From: Paramecium tetraurelia
Lineage: Eukaryota
DNA length: 64,000 bases
Direction of reading: 5' to 3'
Assembly: GCA_000165425.1 (NCBI GenBank)
Contig: CT868020.1
Span: 1-64,000, forward strand
The translations under genes and the position numbers were made by a program. Shown here one piece after another: positions 39,291 to 53,190 of the stretch (within the stretch, counting starts at the first letter, position 1; the number at the start of each line of letters is the position of its first letter). The notes below the pieces were generated by a model. The model saw nothing but the letters and a program-made list of their open reading frames with translations. It was not told where the DNA came from and did not search any database.

Positions 39291-42271
39291 TCAGCCCAAA
39301 TCATAAACCTTTTACAAATGTTTAACGATTTATTAGTTATTGAAATCGTTCGTTTCATTGCTAGTTAAACTTCCTATAAATGGTTTATTAAATGAAACAT
39401 ACTGGACCTTCTTTTATTTTGGAGATTGCTAAGTACTTCTAAAAGTTCTGCTTTATAATTTTTTCCTTTCAAGTGATTGAAAAAATTAATATTCTTCTCT
39501 TTTTAGTCCATTAAATCTTATTTATCCATTCAATTTCCTGTTATCGACAACACTTTTGATATTCAATCTCTGTATTTCATTAGTTTTTTCATCACTCGAA
39601 TTAGGGTCAAAAAAGATCTCATTAAGTTCTTATTGATGCACATGAAAATCCTTAAATTTCTTAAAATAAAATTTTGCTCTATTGTGTTTTTAAGGAAAAT
39701 ATTTTTATTCTATTTCAAGACTTCTTTTTAGCTATTTCTGATAGAAATGCTTGCTTGTTGAGATTGTGTCTTTAAAAGCATTCATAATATCTTAATTCTC
39801 TTTTACTAACTCAGCCACTTATTGCCAATGCTCTTACTCTAACAATTCTAAATTATTTTTGATTTTTTGAATTCTTTCTGACTTCTTCTTGCTATCCTCA
39901 AACAATCTACTAAAAACACCTTTTTATTAGTGTTTAGAAGCTTGGAGAGTCTAAGTTTAAGCTATTCTCTCAAAAGATTACTATTGATGCAAAATGATCA
40001 ATTAATTAGGCTAGCCTAAAGTATAACCATTATTTTTTTCGTTGTATACTTTGAGATCATTTTGATAGTTTGGATTTGAATCCTTGAATTCATTAGCTTA
40101 AACATATCTTCTTTTAAGATTTCCACTTTTTTAAGATGAGTAGTTATCAAAGGATTAATTTTATTAATTGCTTAATTTATAATGTTGCTATGCAACACCC
40201 TCTCCTTCCATATCATCTATATCCTATGCCAAATTCTTGATCTATTATTTTAACTCAGCGGTTTGCTTTATTAATTCTTCAACATCAATCAAATCAGTTT
40301 AGCATTCTTCATCATGACTTTCCTTTTTGACACATCCCAAATCTTCATGAATATTTTCCTTATTGCTATGTGTCTCATGTATTTCAATAGCTTCTGCCAA
40401 ACTTTTATTTACATTACCAATCATAGTTTAGATTGCTTTGTTTTCATAGCTAGTACTTAAAAAGTCTAATGCCAAATTATTTTTTTGATATTACTCATTC
40501 ACTTCCTAGATAAATTTCAATCCATTATGTTATTGTCTTAGTTGTTTAAGTTTATCTTTAAAACTAATGGTAGTTTCTCTGTTATTGTCCTCCAGATTGA
40601 GTTATTCTGGATTGATCTTAGAATCTATATGTTTAATTGTTTATTGCAAACATTTCTAATGATTCTTGATTTTGGCTTTCAAATCTTGAATGATAACTTT
40701 CATTTAAGAATTTTAGGTCTTAAATTCTTCATTAGATAATCCCATCTGTTCTAATTTATTATTCAACTCAACTATCTCTTCTTAACTTGCTTTAATAGCG
40801 ATCATACTTTTGAGATAATTATTTTCCACCTCCAAGAATTATTATGATGTCAATTTTTCGTAATCATTCTAACTATATTATTAACTTTTTGCTTTACTAT
40901 GCATATAATATCAACTCTTTTATATCTCTGCCTTTCTTGATTTGACTCACAATATACCACAACCTTGTAGCATATTTGAGTTGAATTTTCTATAATTACT
41001 ACAATTCTTTAGATTTCATATCCATGTATTCCTCCTGATGCTATTTCACTATTTTAATATTTAAAGCTCAAAATACATTATTTTTTAAATTATTCAAATG
41101 ATTGCATAATTTATTGATTCACTCTGCCCTCAAATTAATTAACTCTTTCAGCCTCTTTTTTCAATTCCTCAATTTCATCCAATAGATCCTGATTTTAGAG
41201 GTTAATAATTCCACAGGCTCTCTCCAAATAGATATACATTTGATCCTCAATACCTTTCTTAAAGTATTCTAATTCTCTATCGTAAGCTTTCGTTACCATC
41301 AATAGTTTATTCACTTCTCTATATCGAATTCCTGATGCTGGCTTTTACTTTTCAAAGACATCATGAAAGAAATCATTTCCTTTGATGTCTTGAATGTATC
41401 TCCATATTTTATAAGGGTCTTATTCCAATGCAAATACACGATTCATCAAATACTCCACATTCTCCATCAGCTTCATCTTTTGTTCAAAGTTTCCCACTGT
41501 CTACCTCAAATTCTAGACCTCGTTCTTTTATTTCTAAACGAATAAATATCTAACAATTAGTTGTTCTATACATTTCCCTTGTCTTCGTTTCATATTGACT
41601 CTTTAGATTGGCTATCTTGTTATTCACCAAATCTCTGTAGCGAGGATCCTCGATATCTGTGACATCAAAGTAAGAAACCTCGTAGTAATCGAAATCATCT
41701 GACTTTTTATACATTTGTTCTCTCATGTTTTGTAGGTCTTTGAGATAACCACTGGCTAAATCCAAGAGTTTCTGCTCTTTCAACTGTAGTTTGACCTTGA
41801 GAGTCGCAATTTCGTAATCCTTTTATTGCAACACTACTTTGTGCTTTTCCAAATCTGCATCGTTGGAATAATCTTGGATATTTTACTAAAATGATATTTG
41901 TTTAACTAAACGTGTCTCTTCTTCATCTGAATTCATGAACCCTTCTTATTCACGATCTCCATGTTCTTATCGCTGCTTTAGAAGTTTGCTTACAATCTCT
42001 TATTATTTAACTGATATACTTGGCAAGCTGTCGATTCTTTATTGTTCTGATAGTGTTTTCGTAATTGCTGAACATATTGGATTAATATGGTTTTATATTC
42101 AACAGGCGTTAGAGTGCAAGGACAGCAATTTCCTAAAAAAACAAATTCAATTATCGACAACGCAAACTATTGAGTGTGTGATTGTAAGATTTAACTGTTA
42201 ACTTGATCAATATTCTAAATTATTTCTTTAATGGGTTTAATAAGATTATCCACTTATAATTTAATTTCCAT
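39291..42271 (-). CDS. Large coiled-coil hypothetical protein
   Basis: Long E/K/Q-rich code-6 frame that contains ORF 41550-41783; one intron near 42133-42160 inferred. Confidence 0.75.
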
Positions 42272-42315
42272 TATTATAATATTAATGAAAATAGAAATAA
42301 TATATATCACCAGTA

Positions 42316-43148
42316 TCAAACTATGCTTCCGACACTTCTTCTTTTATTACGTAATTCATTGATTTGCTATATTTCCTTCTTGGCAGTATCCAGTTCAACA
42401 TTTGTTAAAACCAATTTTTCTGAACTTTTATTATAATTTTTATTTAATTATAAAAATTTGCTTCTCCATAATTAAGATTCATTTTAATATAGTGAAACTT
42501 ACTTTTACTGATTAATCAATTAAAGTTCCAATTTGGTAATTTATTTGTTTAGATTACGAATTTCAATATTCAATTGTTCGATTTTGGTTGACCACTCGAT
42601 TTGTGTTAATTTGAATTTATTTCTCATTTCATCATATTCTTTGATAATAATGTTTTTTTATTCCAGAATGTTATTGAGACTTCGAATTTGTTAATTCGAT
42701 TCTTCACTTTCAGATTGAAGTTTAGAATTGAATAAATCTAATTAGATGTAAATATATACCTGTGCTATTAGTCAATTATAAATCCTAAGGTCGATGGTTT
42801 TGTTCTAGATAGGAGATCTTCATCTGTAAAAATTGCACTTGATATTCATAATTTTTGTTCAGCGCTTAGACATCTAAAATTTGCTCTTGCAGATCTTTTA
42901 GTTGGTTGATGTATTCATTCTCTTTCTCGAAGTTTTTAACCCTCATCTCTTCCATTTGATCAAACAACTACTGATTGTCCTTTCTTAAGTCACTCACCAA
43001 TTATTCTAAATAAAACACTTTTAGTACATCCACCTGAGAACTCCTACTATCCAATCTATTTGGATAGCAATCTGGACTCTGATTTAAGAATAATATTTAC
43101 TTGATATGGTTTAGAGACAAAGAAAAAAGGTTATGATTTGATGTGCAT
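42316..43148 (-). CDS. Hypothetical coiled-coil protein
   Basis: Code-6 frames with tiny introns, ending ...ELRNKRRSVGSIV*. Confidence 0.6.
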
Positions 43149-43283
43149 GACTGACTAAAATATATATATAAATAATAAAAATTTAACATTTCTCTTGAAA
43201 TGCAACTCTTCAACCAATTAGATACATAGATGACAATGAACATCATTCATTATTATTATTTTATAATTATTGTTGTTATTCAA

Positions 43284-44408
43284 TCATTATTTGATACCTG
43301 CCCTGTCAAAACTTTATTTGACTTATTGAATAAGTGATAGATCATTGTCATACTATTAGACCAATTTAGAGTTCAAATTAGCTCTCACGATCCAAGCATC
43401 TTAAGTGGCTTTCAAGTTATCTTGAGCATCTTGCAAATTGGATTTAGCATCATTGAGTAAATTTGACTTGGCCTTGATTTCAGCTACATAATTGGACAAT
43501 CACACATACCATCCTTGATTTCAATGTTCTCTCTCAAATCTGGCAATACAACTGTGGATAACACATTCAATTTGTCATCATAGGTACCCAACAATTCCTT
43601 ATTCAATGTTTCCAATCCTTAGGATGACACTACCAATTGTAATCTGCTTTCTAGGAGTGAGGTTCTCAATTAGTTGAGTAGATTAGTGACTTTGCTGATC
43701 AATTCTTGATTTGCAAAACTATAATAAATAATCTAATATTTAGTTACTTGGATTAAGCAATATCAGTAAGAGCAACGATCAAGGGTTGGAAGAACACCTT
43801 TTGTTTACTCAAATGAGTCTTCAATTTGTCATTGACTTGAGCCAAACTTTCAGCATTCTTCAAGGAGGTCAACAAGTTAAGTGCTTCGTCGATTGCAGCA
43901 GCAGAATCATCATACTCTTGTAATTGGGCAGCAGTATTAGCAGCATCAGTCTTTATCTATTGATCCAATTGATTTCTTAGGAGTGTAACATCTTATTGTT
44001 CCTTGATTGCATCATTCAATAAGGATTGTAATGAGTTCCTAGCTTCTGTGAGATCAGCCAAATCAACTTCGTGTTGAGCCACTTCCACTTGATATTGGGT
44101 GATTTGATTTTCATAAAACTCTTAATCTGCGTTGTTGGATAAAAAGTCCTTGTTGAATGAGGCATTTTCATCTTCCTTGTTTTGTGCGATTTCAGATTCA
44201 AGATCGTTGATGGCATTGATCAAACGAGAGTAGTCCAATTATTGTGATTGCTCTTGTAATAATGCCATGTTTTTTAATGCTCTAAAAAGAGAAGGATGTT
44301 ATTCCTCAATTGATTTTTGTCTTTTTATTTATTTAACAATTACTTTGTCTGATTGTCATTGACTGCGATTGTCAAAAGTACCAAAGCAAAGAGCACTATA
44401 TATTTCAT
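43284..44408 (-). CDS. Trichocyst matrix protein / granule lattice family precursor
   Basis: Signal peptide MKYIVLFALVLLTIA, then acidic heptad-repeat helices (LINAINDLESEI, AIDEALNLLTSL, VTNLLNQLRTSL); about 350 aa. Confidence 0.8.
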
Positions 44409-44443
44409 TTATACAATATATTAATTAAAAACGACTATTTAAT

Positions 44444-45493
44444 TCATTTATAATGTAGTGTAAAATCGTCAATACTAAACAATGGGAATCTGGATTCTAA
44501 TTCCTGAAATAACAACTATTAACCAGATGAACACTAATTCGGCAAATGCTATCTTACAATTGTATTTTTACTCCCAAAATCAAACCAAATTCAATGTGCA
44601 ATTTGTGTCTAATGTGTTTGACACTCAGATTGATTGGCAAAGTCCATTCCTGATACAGCATCTCATTAAATTCTGTCTGCAAATTGCGATTACTCTGGAT
44701 ACCACTCAACAGATGCTCCAAATACAAACAGATCTTCAAATTCTAATGATGAGATTGCATCCAAACAGTTTCACCATCAACTCTCATTATCATTCTCTAA
44801 ATCAATAGTTATTATTACAGTTCCGAATCTCCAAAAGTCAGTCAACATCACAAAGTTAGCTGTCACTTGTACATACGTGTGATTCTACGGTAAATCATTA
44901 TATTGGAATATCAACTCGTCATTCCACTTCCCATATATCCTATTGTTGTCATTCCTTTCATATTTGTATTTATCCAATTGGCTCCTTTTGAAATGCTCAT
45001 GTTTATAACTGAAATAACTATTCTATTTTAAAATCTGTCTCAATTTCTCATGATCGTTTTATAAATTTTTGCTCTCCTTCTTCCAACCAACATTCTACTC
45101 ATCCACAATTACGGGAATCCATTGTGATTGCCCATGGATCTAAATGAAATCAGTTACAATTGTTCGGTGATCAGTACTTTCATCCTCATCATCCCTGTAG
45201 ATCTCCTAAAAGTTGGCACTAATAAATATTGTATCCTCCTTAGGTTCCTCTATGAAAGCAGATGCCCTAGTGTCACTTCTGAAGGGACTCAAACTATTCA
45301 ACTCTAAAACATCTGAACTAAACTCTGTAGGAATATCAATTTCTTCTGTCACAATTCTGTCTGCATGAACCTCTTGGCATTTTAGTTCCCCTTTTAGTAT
45401 CAATTACTTGCACACCAGGTTTTCTCTTATATCCAATTATTTTATGTCACCATTAACGAGTAAAACGAGAATTGTGATAATAAATAATTACAT
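44444..45493 (-). CDS. Secreted hypothetical protein
   Basis: Signal peptide MQLFIITILVLLVNG; contains ORF 45206-45403; probable end FSIDDFTLHYK*; internal exons uncertain. Confidence 0.6.
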
Positions 45494-45710
45494 TATTATT
45501 AATTTGGATGTTATATTCCTTTTCTAAAAATAAGGTAGAATAGAAAGAATGAAGGAATGGAATTGAATTGAAAAAGATAGGAAAGTATGCAAAGGTAAAA
45601 AGGATCTCAAAAATAGATTAACAAAAAAGGAATTCAAATAAAACTACTGACTCAGATTCCTTTTAAAAATCATAAATAAAACTCTAATGTTATAAAATAA
45701 TAAGAAATAC

Positions 45711-46553
45711 TCAAGTTTCTTATTCCTAATCATTTTATATCCAATATTGTTTTAAAGTGTCTACTATATCATTTATAAATAATTCTAAGGATTTATGATT
45801 TCCCTTGTAATTTTCTATTTTTTCGATTTAAGATTGATCTTATTTCAATTAACTTTCTCTCTTTTCATCCACTTTATACTTCTTGGTTCGATTCTAATCA
45901 TTAACTTTATACTTCCCTTTGAATGTTACAATCTATAATTTTAGTAATTCCAATTTTTCATTATATGCCATATCATATAATTTATTCCAATTTATAACTT
46001 CCTAATATTTATGTTGGTTAGTTAAAATATAATTCAAAAATCCTTTTTTAAACTCATCTTCTTAATCATATTTTTGACTATACTATTTGACAAACTCATT
46101 CAAAAAAGATTAGAGCTCAGGATTTAATTAATTACTCACTAGCTCAATGCTCTTTAGTACAGAATCTTAGATTTTCAAATTTTTGAACTCTTCCTTATTT
46201 AGTTAATATTTATTGACATCAACCAACTAATCATTGGTGATATCATATTGAAGAGTACAGTTATCCAAGTCCCTTAAGAAGAAAGTGTAATCCTCTTAAA
46301 TTTTAAGCTGTTCTCTGAGCTTTGATTGTACTTTCTCAACATTCTTCCTCCTCAATTTAGTTTCATCATTATTTCTCTCACTATTTGGTCCTGTTATTGT
46401 TAATAATCTATAAGTAGCAAACTACGAGAAGATTTCCATCAATTTCAATGCCAACTCGTTTGTAGCAATATAATTGTTATCTAAAGAGATCTCTTACTCA
46501 TCCTCCTTTGGCTTTTATGGTCTCCCACGGCCATTGGTTTTATTTTTGCTCAT
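45711..46553 (-). CDS. Hypothetical protein with N-terminal AT-hook-like GRGRP
   Basis: ATG and TGA in frame over 281 codons; MSKNKTNGRGRPQKPK. Confidence 0.65.
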
Positions 46554-46689
46554 AGAATAATTTTTATAATCTTTTAATTTATGATTATATGAACTCAAAT
46601 AATAATTTTTATTCTATTAAATATATTTATGGCAATGAGTAAAATATATAAATTTAATGAAAATAATATAAATCAATTTGTTACTTATA

Positions 46690-47622
46690 AATTATGCAAT
46701 TTTCTCATGGTTTTTCCTCATTGGTAGCACTCTTTTACTTGGGTTTAACGACATCAATTGATATTGATTCCATTTGATCCATAATTGAATTTGAATAGGT
46801 TCTTGAATGTGCCATTTGCTGATTCCCTCGAAATACTTATTAAAACACCCATTTAAAACTACTCACCTACTCAATATGCTTTTTTATTTATAATATTTAT
46901 TTATACGTCTAATGTAATTACTATTCTTTTTAATGACTTAATTTTTTACTCCGTCACACTTAACTTAATGGCCATCAACATAATAGTTGCTGATGTCGTG
47001 CTATCTTTCGACTCAAATACTGGAAACCCAATAGATTTCATTTACTTTTACTCTGCCTTAAGAATTGTTAGGAATTATCAAATACTATTTTTAACGCCTC
47101 CTAAACTGCCTGATAAATTGTTTATTTTTCATCGTCACTTTTATCACTATTCAATACCATCTCCTTATCAATAACAACAGCCAAAATCTAGTTTTTCTGT
47201 TCTTAAATCTTAGATATTAAATGATACTCTTCCTAGCTGACACAAACACACATTTCCCATTTAATTATACGAATGTTGGCTTATCACTTTACTTAATATT
47301 CGAGTATTCAGAATCAGTTGGAATTACTAAGCATTCTACATCCTCATTCTCTACATGACCTGCTGTCAACACAATTTCACAGTTCCCCATATCCTATTTA
47401 AGAAGCTATTAAGGAAACTGAGATGATCTCTCCCCTGTTTAATGACAAAGATTATTCCCCATAAATATTAATATAAAACACAAATGGAATAATTCTTTAG
47501 CTATTAATTCAATTATGTGGCCACTACTTAATTCATCTCCCACTCACCATTAGTCAATTTATAAACATATATATATACTCAAATATTTCAGACCTTATTT
47601 GAATTTGTTCATTTATTTGCAT
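46690..47622 (-). pseudogene. Degraded gene, possibly a trypsin-like serine protease
   Basis: IVLTAGHV at 47352-47375, followed by LAVVID and SIGFP in other frames; several TGA stops and frameshifts. Confidence 0.4.
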
Positions 47623-47955
47623 TTTTATTATACAATTTTGATTTCATTTTTCATCATAATCTTTTGTGGATTTAGCTTCGTATTTCAATAGATAAAATGT
47701 AGTTTGAATTTGTAGGTATTATCAAATGTATGAATCATTTAAGTGAGATATCGTTTTCTCAAAAGATAGCCGTTTTATTAGATGCCATAGAAGTAATGCA
47801 CAACACCATTTTATTGATCTATTTCTTTAGTCAAATTACAAACTAGAGGTTGTTGAATGTTCTCTTATTTTTAGAATGGCTATAGTAATCAATATCATTG
47901 TATTGAATAAATTATAAATTATAAATTAATAACATTAAATTAATTAAATTTATAT

Positions 47956-48531
47956 TCAATCTGGATTGTCAAAGTAATTAGTAATTATTCTTTAACGATA
48001 GGTGAAGTAGAGTAATGGATCTATCCTCAATTTAAAGTCCAATAAGAAAACCAAGACTCTTTCCAAATGGTTGAATTCCTCATGTGAAATCCCAGCTACC
48101 TTTGCATAATATGAATTCTGAAAGAACCTATCATCATAAAACTTTGCTGATAACATGACTGCCACAACGTACAATCTCTTATTAATTATAATGCATTACC
48201 GATGGACATTAATTGATTTTAATATAATTCTCCCCTATTTTTATGACAATTTATCTATGAATATTAAACCCATTATTAAGCATTCCTAGGAACATTAAGC
48301 CTACTTTAAAATTCTGCATAGGTAATCATAAATAGAAATAGAGGGAATCTTAGAACTATTAAAAGCTTCAAGTTCTTAAATGCTATTAGCATCATTGTCA
48401 CCTTCTTCACACAAATCCATAAGCAAATAAGCCATAGCACTTGATAATTATTTATTATCAGCAATTTGCTAATTGTATAATTCATGTTATTATTCGTAGC
48501 TCAATTCTGTTGTTAATCCTAGGTTTTGCAT
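47956..48531 (-). CDS. Cyclin P/U (Pho80-like)
   Basis: PSISIYDYLCRI, CSQECLIMGLIFIDK, NVHRL, AKFYDD..QNSYYAKVAGI; one intron. Confidence 0.93.
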
Positions 48532-49395
48532 TTAAGTATTTATAATTATTATTCAATATATTGTTGTTTGATGTATCAATTTTCTTTAATAAAGTAAATT
48601 ATTATATTTCCATATTCCATATTTATCTACATTTTGGTGATATAGCATGCAGCCTACATTTTGCTCAATTTTTGAATATCTTGTATCATCTACAACACTA
48701 TAAAACGAACAAATTCATTAGGAAACTTCTATATAATGCTTATAAATAAACTATTTAATTTAATATAATCATAATAAATTATACTATTATATTACAGATT
48801 TTAGCAATAGTAGTTATTAATTGAATATTCTTAGACTGGATAATATTATTAATGATTTAAGTTTATTTTCGTTAATTATAATTAAGTTTACCATAAATTA
48901 ACTTAGTTCTTATTTGATTAAAGTGTGATATACTGTTCTCCCAATAAAACTTTAGATACATTTTTATATATTAGATCGTTATTGTATATATTCATTATAT
49001 TAAACAAGTCATCTGATTTCACTTTATTTTTTCTAAATTATCTTTCATTAATTCAATCTAATTAAAATCATTTGATTTAATAACTTAGTACTTACCTATA
49101 TTAATTGTTAAATATATATTTCTTTTGATAGATTTTATAATAATTATTAAATTCTAATTAAGTACGTGATTAGGTTAATAAGATAATACATTTAATATTG
49201 ATTCTAATAAATTATATAAAGAAGCAGTTCTATTTTGCTTAATTTAATTATGCATAAAATTCGGTTGAATCCCATATAAATTCAAAAGAGTATAGAGAGT
49301 GAAGGAAGTGGGTGGATGATATTGAGAATATTGATTCTAATTTGAGAGTATTAAAGAATAAAAAATTAATATCTTTTAATTAAAAAAAATATATT

Positions 49396-49925
49396 ATGGC
49401 AGACGTTCAAAAATCAAAGAGCATTCTAAAAATAAGAAGGCATTTTCTAAAACTCCAAGAAACTCTTAGCTAAGAAGACATCAAAAGGTGTTAGATACTG
49501 GAAAGAAGTTGGTTTGGGGTTCAAAGTACCAAAGGATGCAATTGAGGGTAATTACATTGATAAGAAATGTCCATTCACAGGAAATGTCAGTGTCAGAGGA
49601 GCAATATTAAAGTATGATCTAGAATGATTGTATTATAGAGGAATTGTCATTTCAACTAAGATGACAAGAACCATCATTATTAGAAGAGATTATTTGCACT
49701 ATGTTGCCAAATATAACAGATATGAAAAGAGACACAGAAATGTACCAGTGCACATTTCACCAGCATTTGGACCAGTCAAGGAAGGAGATATCGTTGTTTG
49801 TGGACAATGCAGGTACAATTGAATTAATATGAAGACCATTGTCAAAGACTGTTAGATTCAATGTTTTGAAAGTAATCCCAAATGAAATCATTGGTAATGT
49901 TAGAAAGCAATTTGTTTTGTTCTGA
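49396..49925 (+). CDS. RPS11: 40S ribosomal protein S11 (uS17), with an apparent +1 frameshift at codon 5-6
   Basis: [57 protein letters not shown]; two introns. Confidence 0.96.
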
Positions 49926-49994
49926 TTTGCATGGATATCTATATAGTACAATATCAAAATAATTTATGCATTAATTTAATATTATATATTAATT

Positions 49995-52982
49995 ATGGAC
50001 GACATGAATAATTACGATGAGTTCGGAAATTACATAGGGCCAGAAATCGATTCAGAGGAAGAAGACAATGTGTAGATTGAAGAGGAATAAATGGCTGAGA
50101 ATGACCAAGAACATGTAATAGCAAATGTAAGAAAATGCTTCTATCTTTGAAGAGAGTGTACATACCTAATCAATAAGTTGCAGTCATTCTTAATGAAGAC
50201 AAATAATACTATCCAGATGCATAACAAGTGTATGGTCGAGATGTTGAAATCAATGTGCAAGAAGAGGATGCTTAGCCAATAACTCAGCCAATGATTGCTC
50301 CATTAAAATCAAAGGAATTTGATATCTAAGAGACACAGATACCTCAAACTACTTTCGACTATGAGTTTCTGTGTCGTATTTCTAAGAATCCAGCTTTGGT
50401 AAGAAATGTTGCAATTGTAGGCGGTCTGCATCATGGTAAGACATCAATGATGGACGTCTTTGTTAAGCAAACTCATCTTAAGCAATTTAGTTTGTAGAAA
50501 GACATCCGATACACCGATACTCGTCAAGATGAATAATAGAGATTGATCTCCATCAAGGCAATCCCTATGAGTTTATTGTTACCAAATAGCAAAGATAAAT
50601 CATATTTGATAAATCTCTATGACACTCCTGGACATGTGAACTTCATGGACGAGGTGTGTTGTGCCTTACGAGCCAGTGATGCCATGTTGCTCATTATTGA
50701 TGTGATTGAAGGAGTCATGATGACTACTGAAATGCTAATCAAGGCGGCTGTCAAGGAGAAGATGCCTATTGTAGTCGTGATAAACAAAATAGATAGATTA
50801 ATCATTGAGTTGAAGTTGCCACCTTCAGATGCCTATTTGAAGATCAAAAACATACTTGATGAAGTCAATATCATTATATCCGATAATGGAGGTAATTAGA
50901 TCATATCACCTCTCAATCATAATGTGGTATTTGGTTCAGGTTTATTTTAATTTGTTTTTACAATCTAGAGTTTTGCAAGGAGATATAACAATTTCTTAAA
51001 TCCAGAACAATTCACTCGTCTATTATGGGGAGACATCTACTACGATAATAAAGAAAAGAAATTTGTTCGTAAAATGTCACCATATGCTACCTAAAGGACA
51101 TTTGTTGAGTTTATTTTAGAACCCATATATAAGTTATTTGGGTAAGTGGTTTCTAAGGATAAGGAACAATCTAGAACCGTTCTTATTGAGCCAAGGGATA
51201 TCTCTCAAAAAAAGTGAATTCAAAATGGACACTAGACCATTACTGAAATTGGTTTGTTCTATCTATTTTGGTAATACCTCTTCTTTAGTTGATGTACTAG
51301 TGGAGTAAGTCCCTAATTCTCAGGAAGGTAGTAAAAGGAAAATGGAATTATATTATTAGGGTGACAAATCGAAATAATCATTTATTCAAGCATCTCAAGG
51401 TTCACACAAGGGACCATTATGTATAAATGTTGTGAAATTGTACAGTAGACCAGATTGCATGAGTTTCGATGCTCTGGGGAGAGTGGTCAGTGGAACTATT
51501 AAAAAGGGATAGAATGTTAAATTATTAGGAGAAAAATATAATATAGATGATGAAGAGGATATGGCAATCAGGAATATCAAGAACATATATATCTATCAAG
51601 GTAGATATAGAGTAGAAGTGAATAAAGTGCCTGCAGGAAATTGGGTGTTGATTGAGGGCATTGATTAATTTATTAGCAAGAGTGCTACTATTACAGAGGA
51701 TTCTTAACAGATGGACATCTTGAGACCTATTTAACATAACATTTTAGCGACTATGAAGATTGCCATAGAACCATTAGTTCCAAGTGAATTACCTAAAATG
51801 TTAGAAGGTCTACGTAAGGTAACTAAGAGTTATCCTATTTTGACAACTAAAGTGGAAGAATCTGGAGAACATATTCTATTAGGAACAGGTGAATTATATT
51901 TGGATTGTGTTATGCATGATTTAAGAAAAATGTATTCAGAAATAGAAATTAAAGTATCAGATCCATCAGTTCGTTTTTGTGAAACTGTTATTGAAACATC
52001 ATCAAAAACATGTTATGCAGATACTCCCAATAAAAAGAATAGGGTATTTTGATTAATATAGTATTAATTAGATTAAAGCATTGGCAACTCCATTAGACAA
52101 AGGTTTGACACCTTAAGATAAGGGTTTGGCTGAGAGAATTGAGAATGAAGAGATTGATTTATCATGGCCTAAGAATAAATTAACCGAATATTTTAAATCC
52201 AATTTTAATTGGGATATAATTTAGAGTAGATCTGTGTGGGCATTCGGTCCAGAGAAAACGGGACCCAATGTATTTCTAGATGATACTCTACCATCTGAAA
52301 CAAACAAATAGTTATTAACTGAAGTCAAAGACTATATGATTTAAGGTTTTTAATGGGCAACCAGAGAAGGTCCTTTGTGTGATGAGCCAATCAGAAATGT
52401 GAAATTCAAGATCATCGAAGCCAACATTGCTAATGTAATCATTCCATTTTAATGTAGGAACCCATTTATAGAGGAGGTGGTTAAATAATCCCCACAACAA
52501 GAAGGGTGTGCTATTCTTCATTCCTTATGGCAACCCCAAAAATCATGGAACCAATGTTATTAACAGAAATTATGTGTTTCCAAGACTGTATTCCTGCCAT
52601 CCACAATGTTCTATTAAGAAGAAGAGGACACATCTTATCAGAATAGGCAAAGCCAGGCACACCATTCTCAGTTGTGAGAGCCCACATTCCAACGATTGAT
52701 CACTTTGGATTTGAAACTGATCTTAGAGTACACACTTCAGGATAAGCCTTCTGTTTAAGTGTTTTCGATCATTGGTCATTATTACCAGGAGATCCTTTAG
52801 ATAAAACCATAGTGCTTAAGCCTTTAGAGCCAGCACCTTCAAATCATTTGGCCAGAGAATTCATGATCAAAACTAGGAGAAGAAAGGGTTTGAATGAAGA
52901 TGTGTCTATTTTGAAATTCTTTGATGATCAGTTCTTAATTGATTCACTCAAACAAGACAAAGACTATTAATAGTATATTTGA
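49995..52982 (+). CDS. SNU114: U5 snRNP 116-kDa GTPase (Snu114/EFTUD2), with an apparent +1 frameshift near 51170
   Basis: [72 protein letters not shown]. Confidence 0.96.
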
Positions 52983-53190
52983 TGAGTAATTATTTACATC
53001 CCAATGAGATAATATTCCCGTAATTTCTTTCTAATAATCTTTATATTTGCATAACACCTCTATTCCATCATCTTGAATATAAAAATATCGACGAATAATA
53101 CATAATTTAATAAAAAAAGAGATAAATTACATAAAATTATAAATATGATTATTTACAATTAGTCTTCATTCATAATTACACATTAATATT

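Noticed and set aside
45880..45900. GGTTCGATTC tRNA T-loop-like motif
   Set aside because: It lies inside a CDS with no cloverleaf stems; I found no tRNA or rRNA in the window.
48532..49395. Unusually long intergenic region (also 10361-10918, 25629-26298, 59083-60023) as ncRNA or retained IES
   Set aside because: No supportable structure, ORF or IES boundary can be established by eye; may be fully decayed genes.
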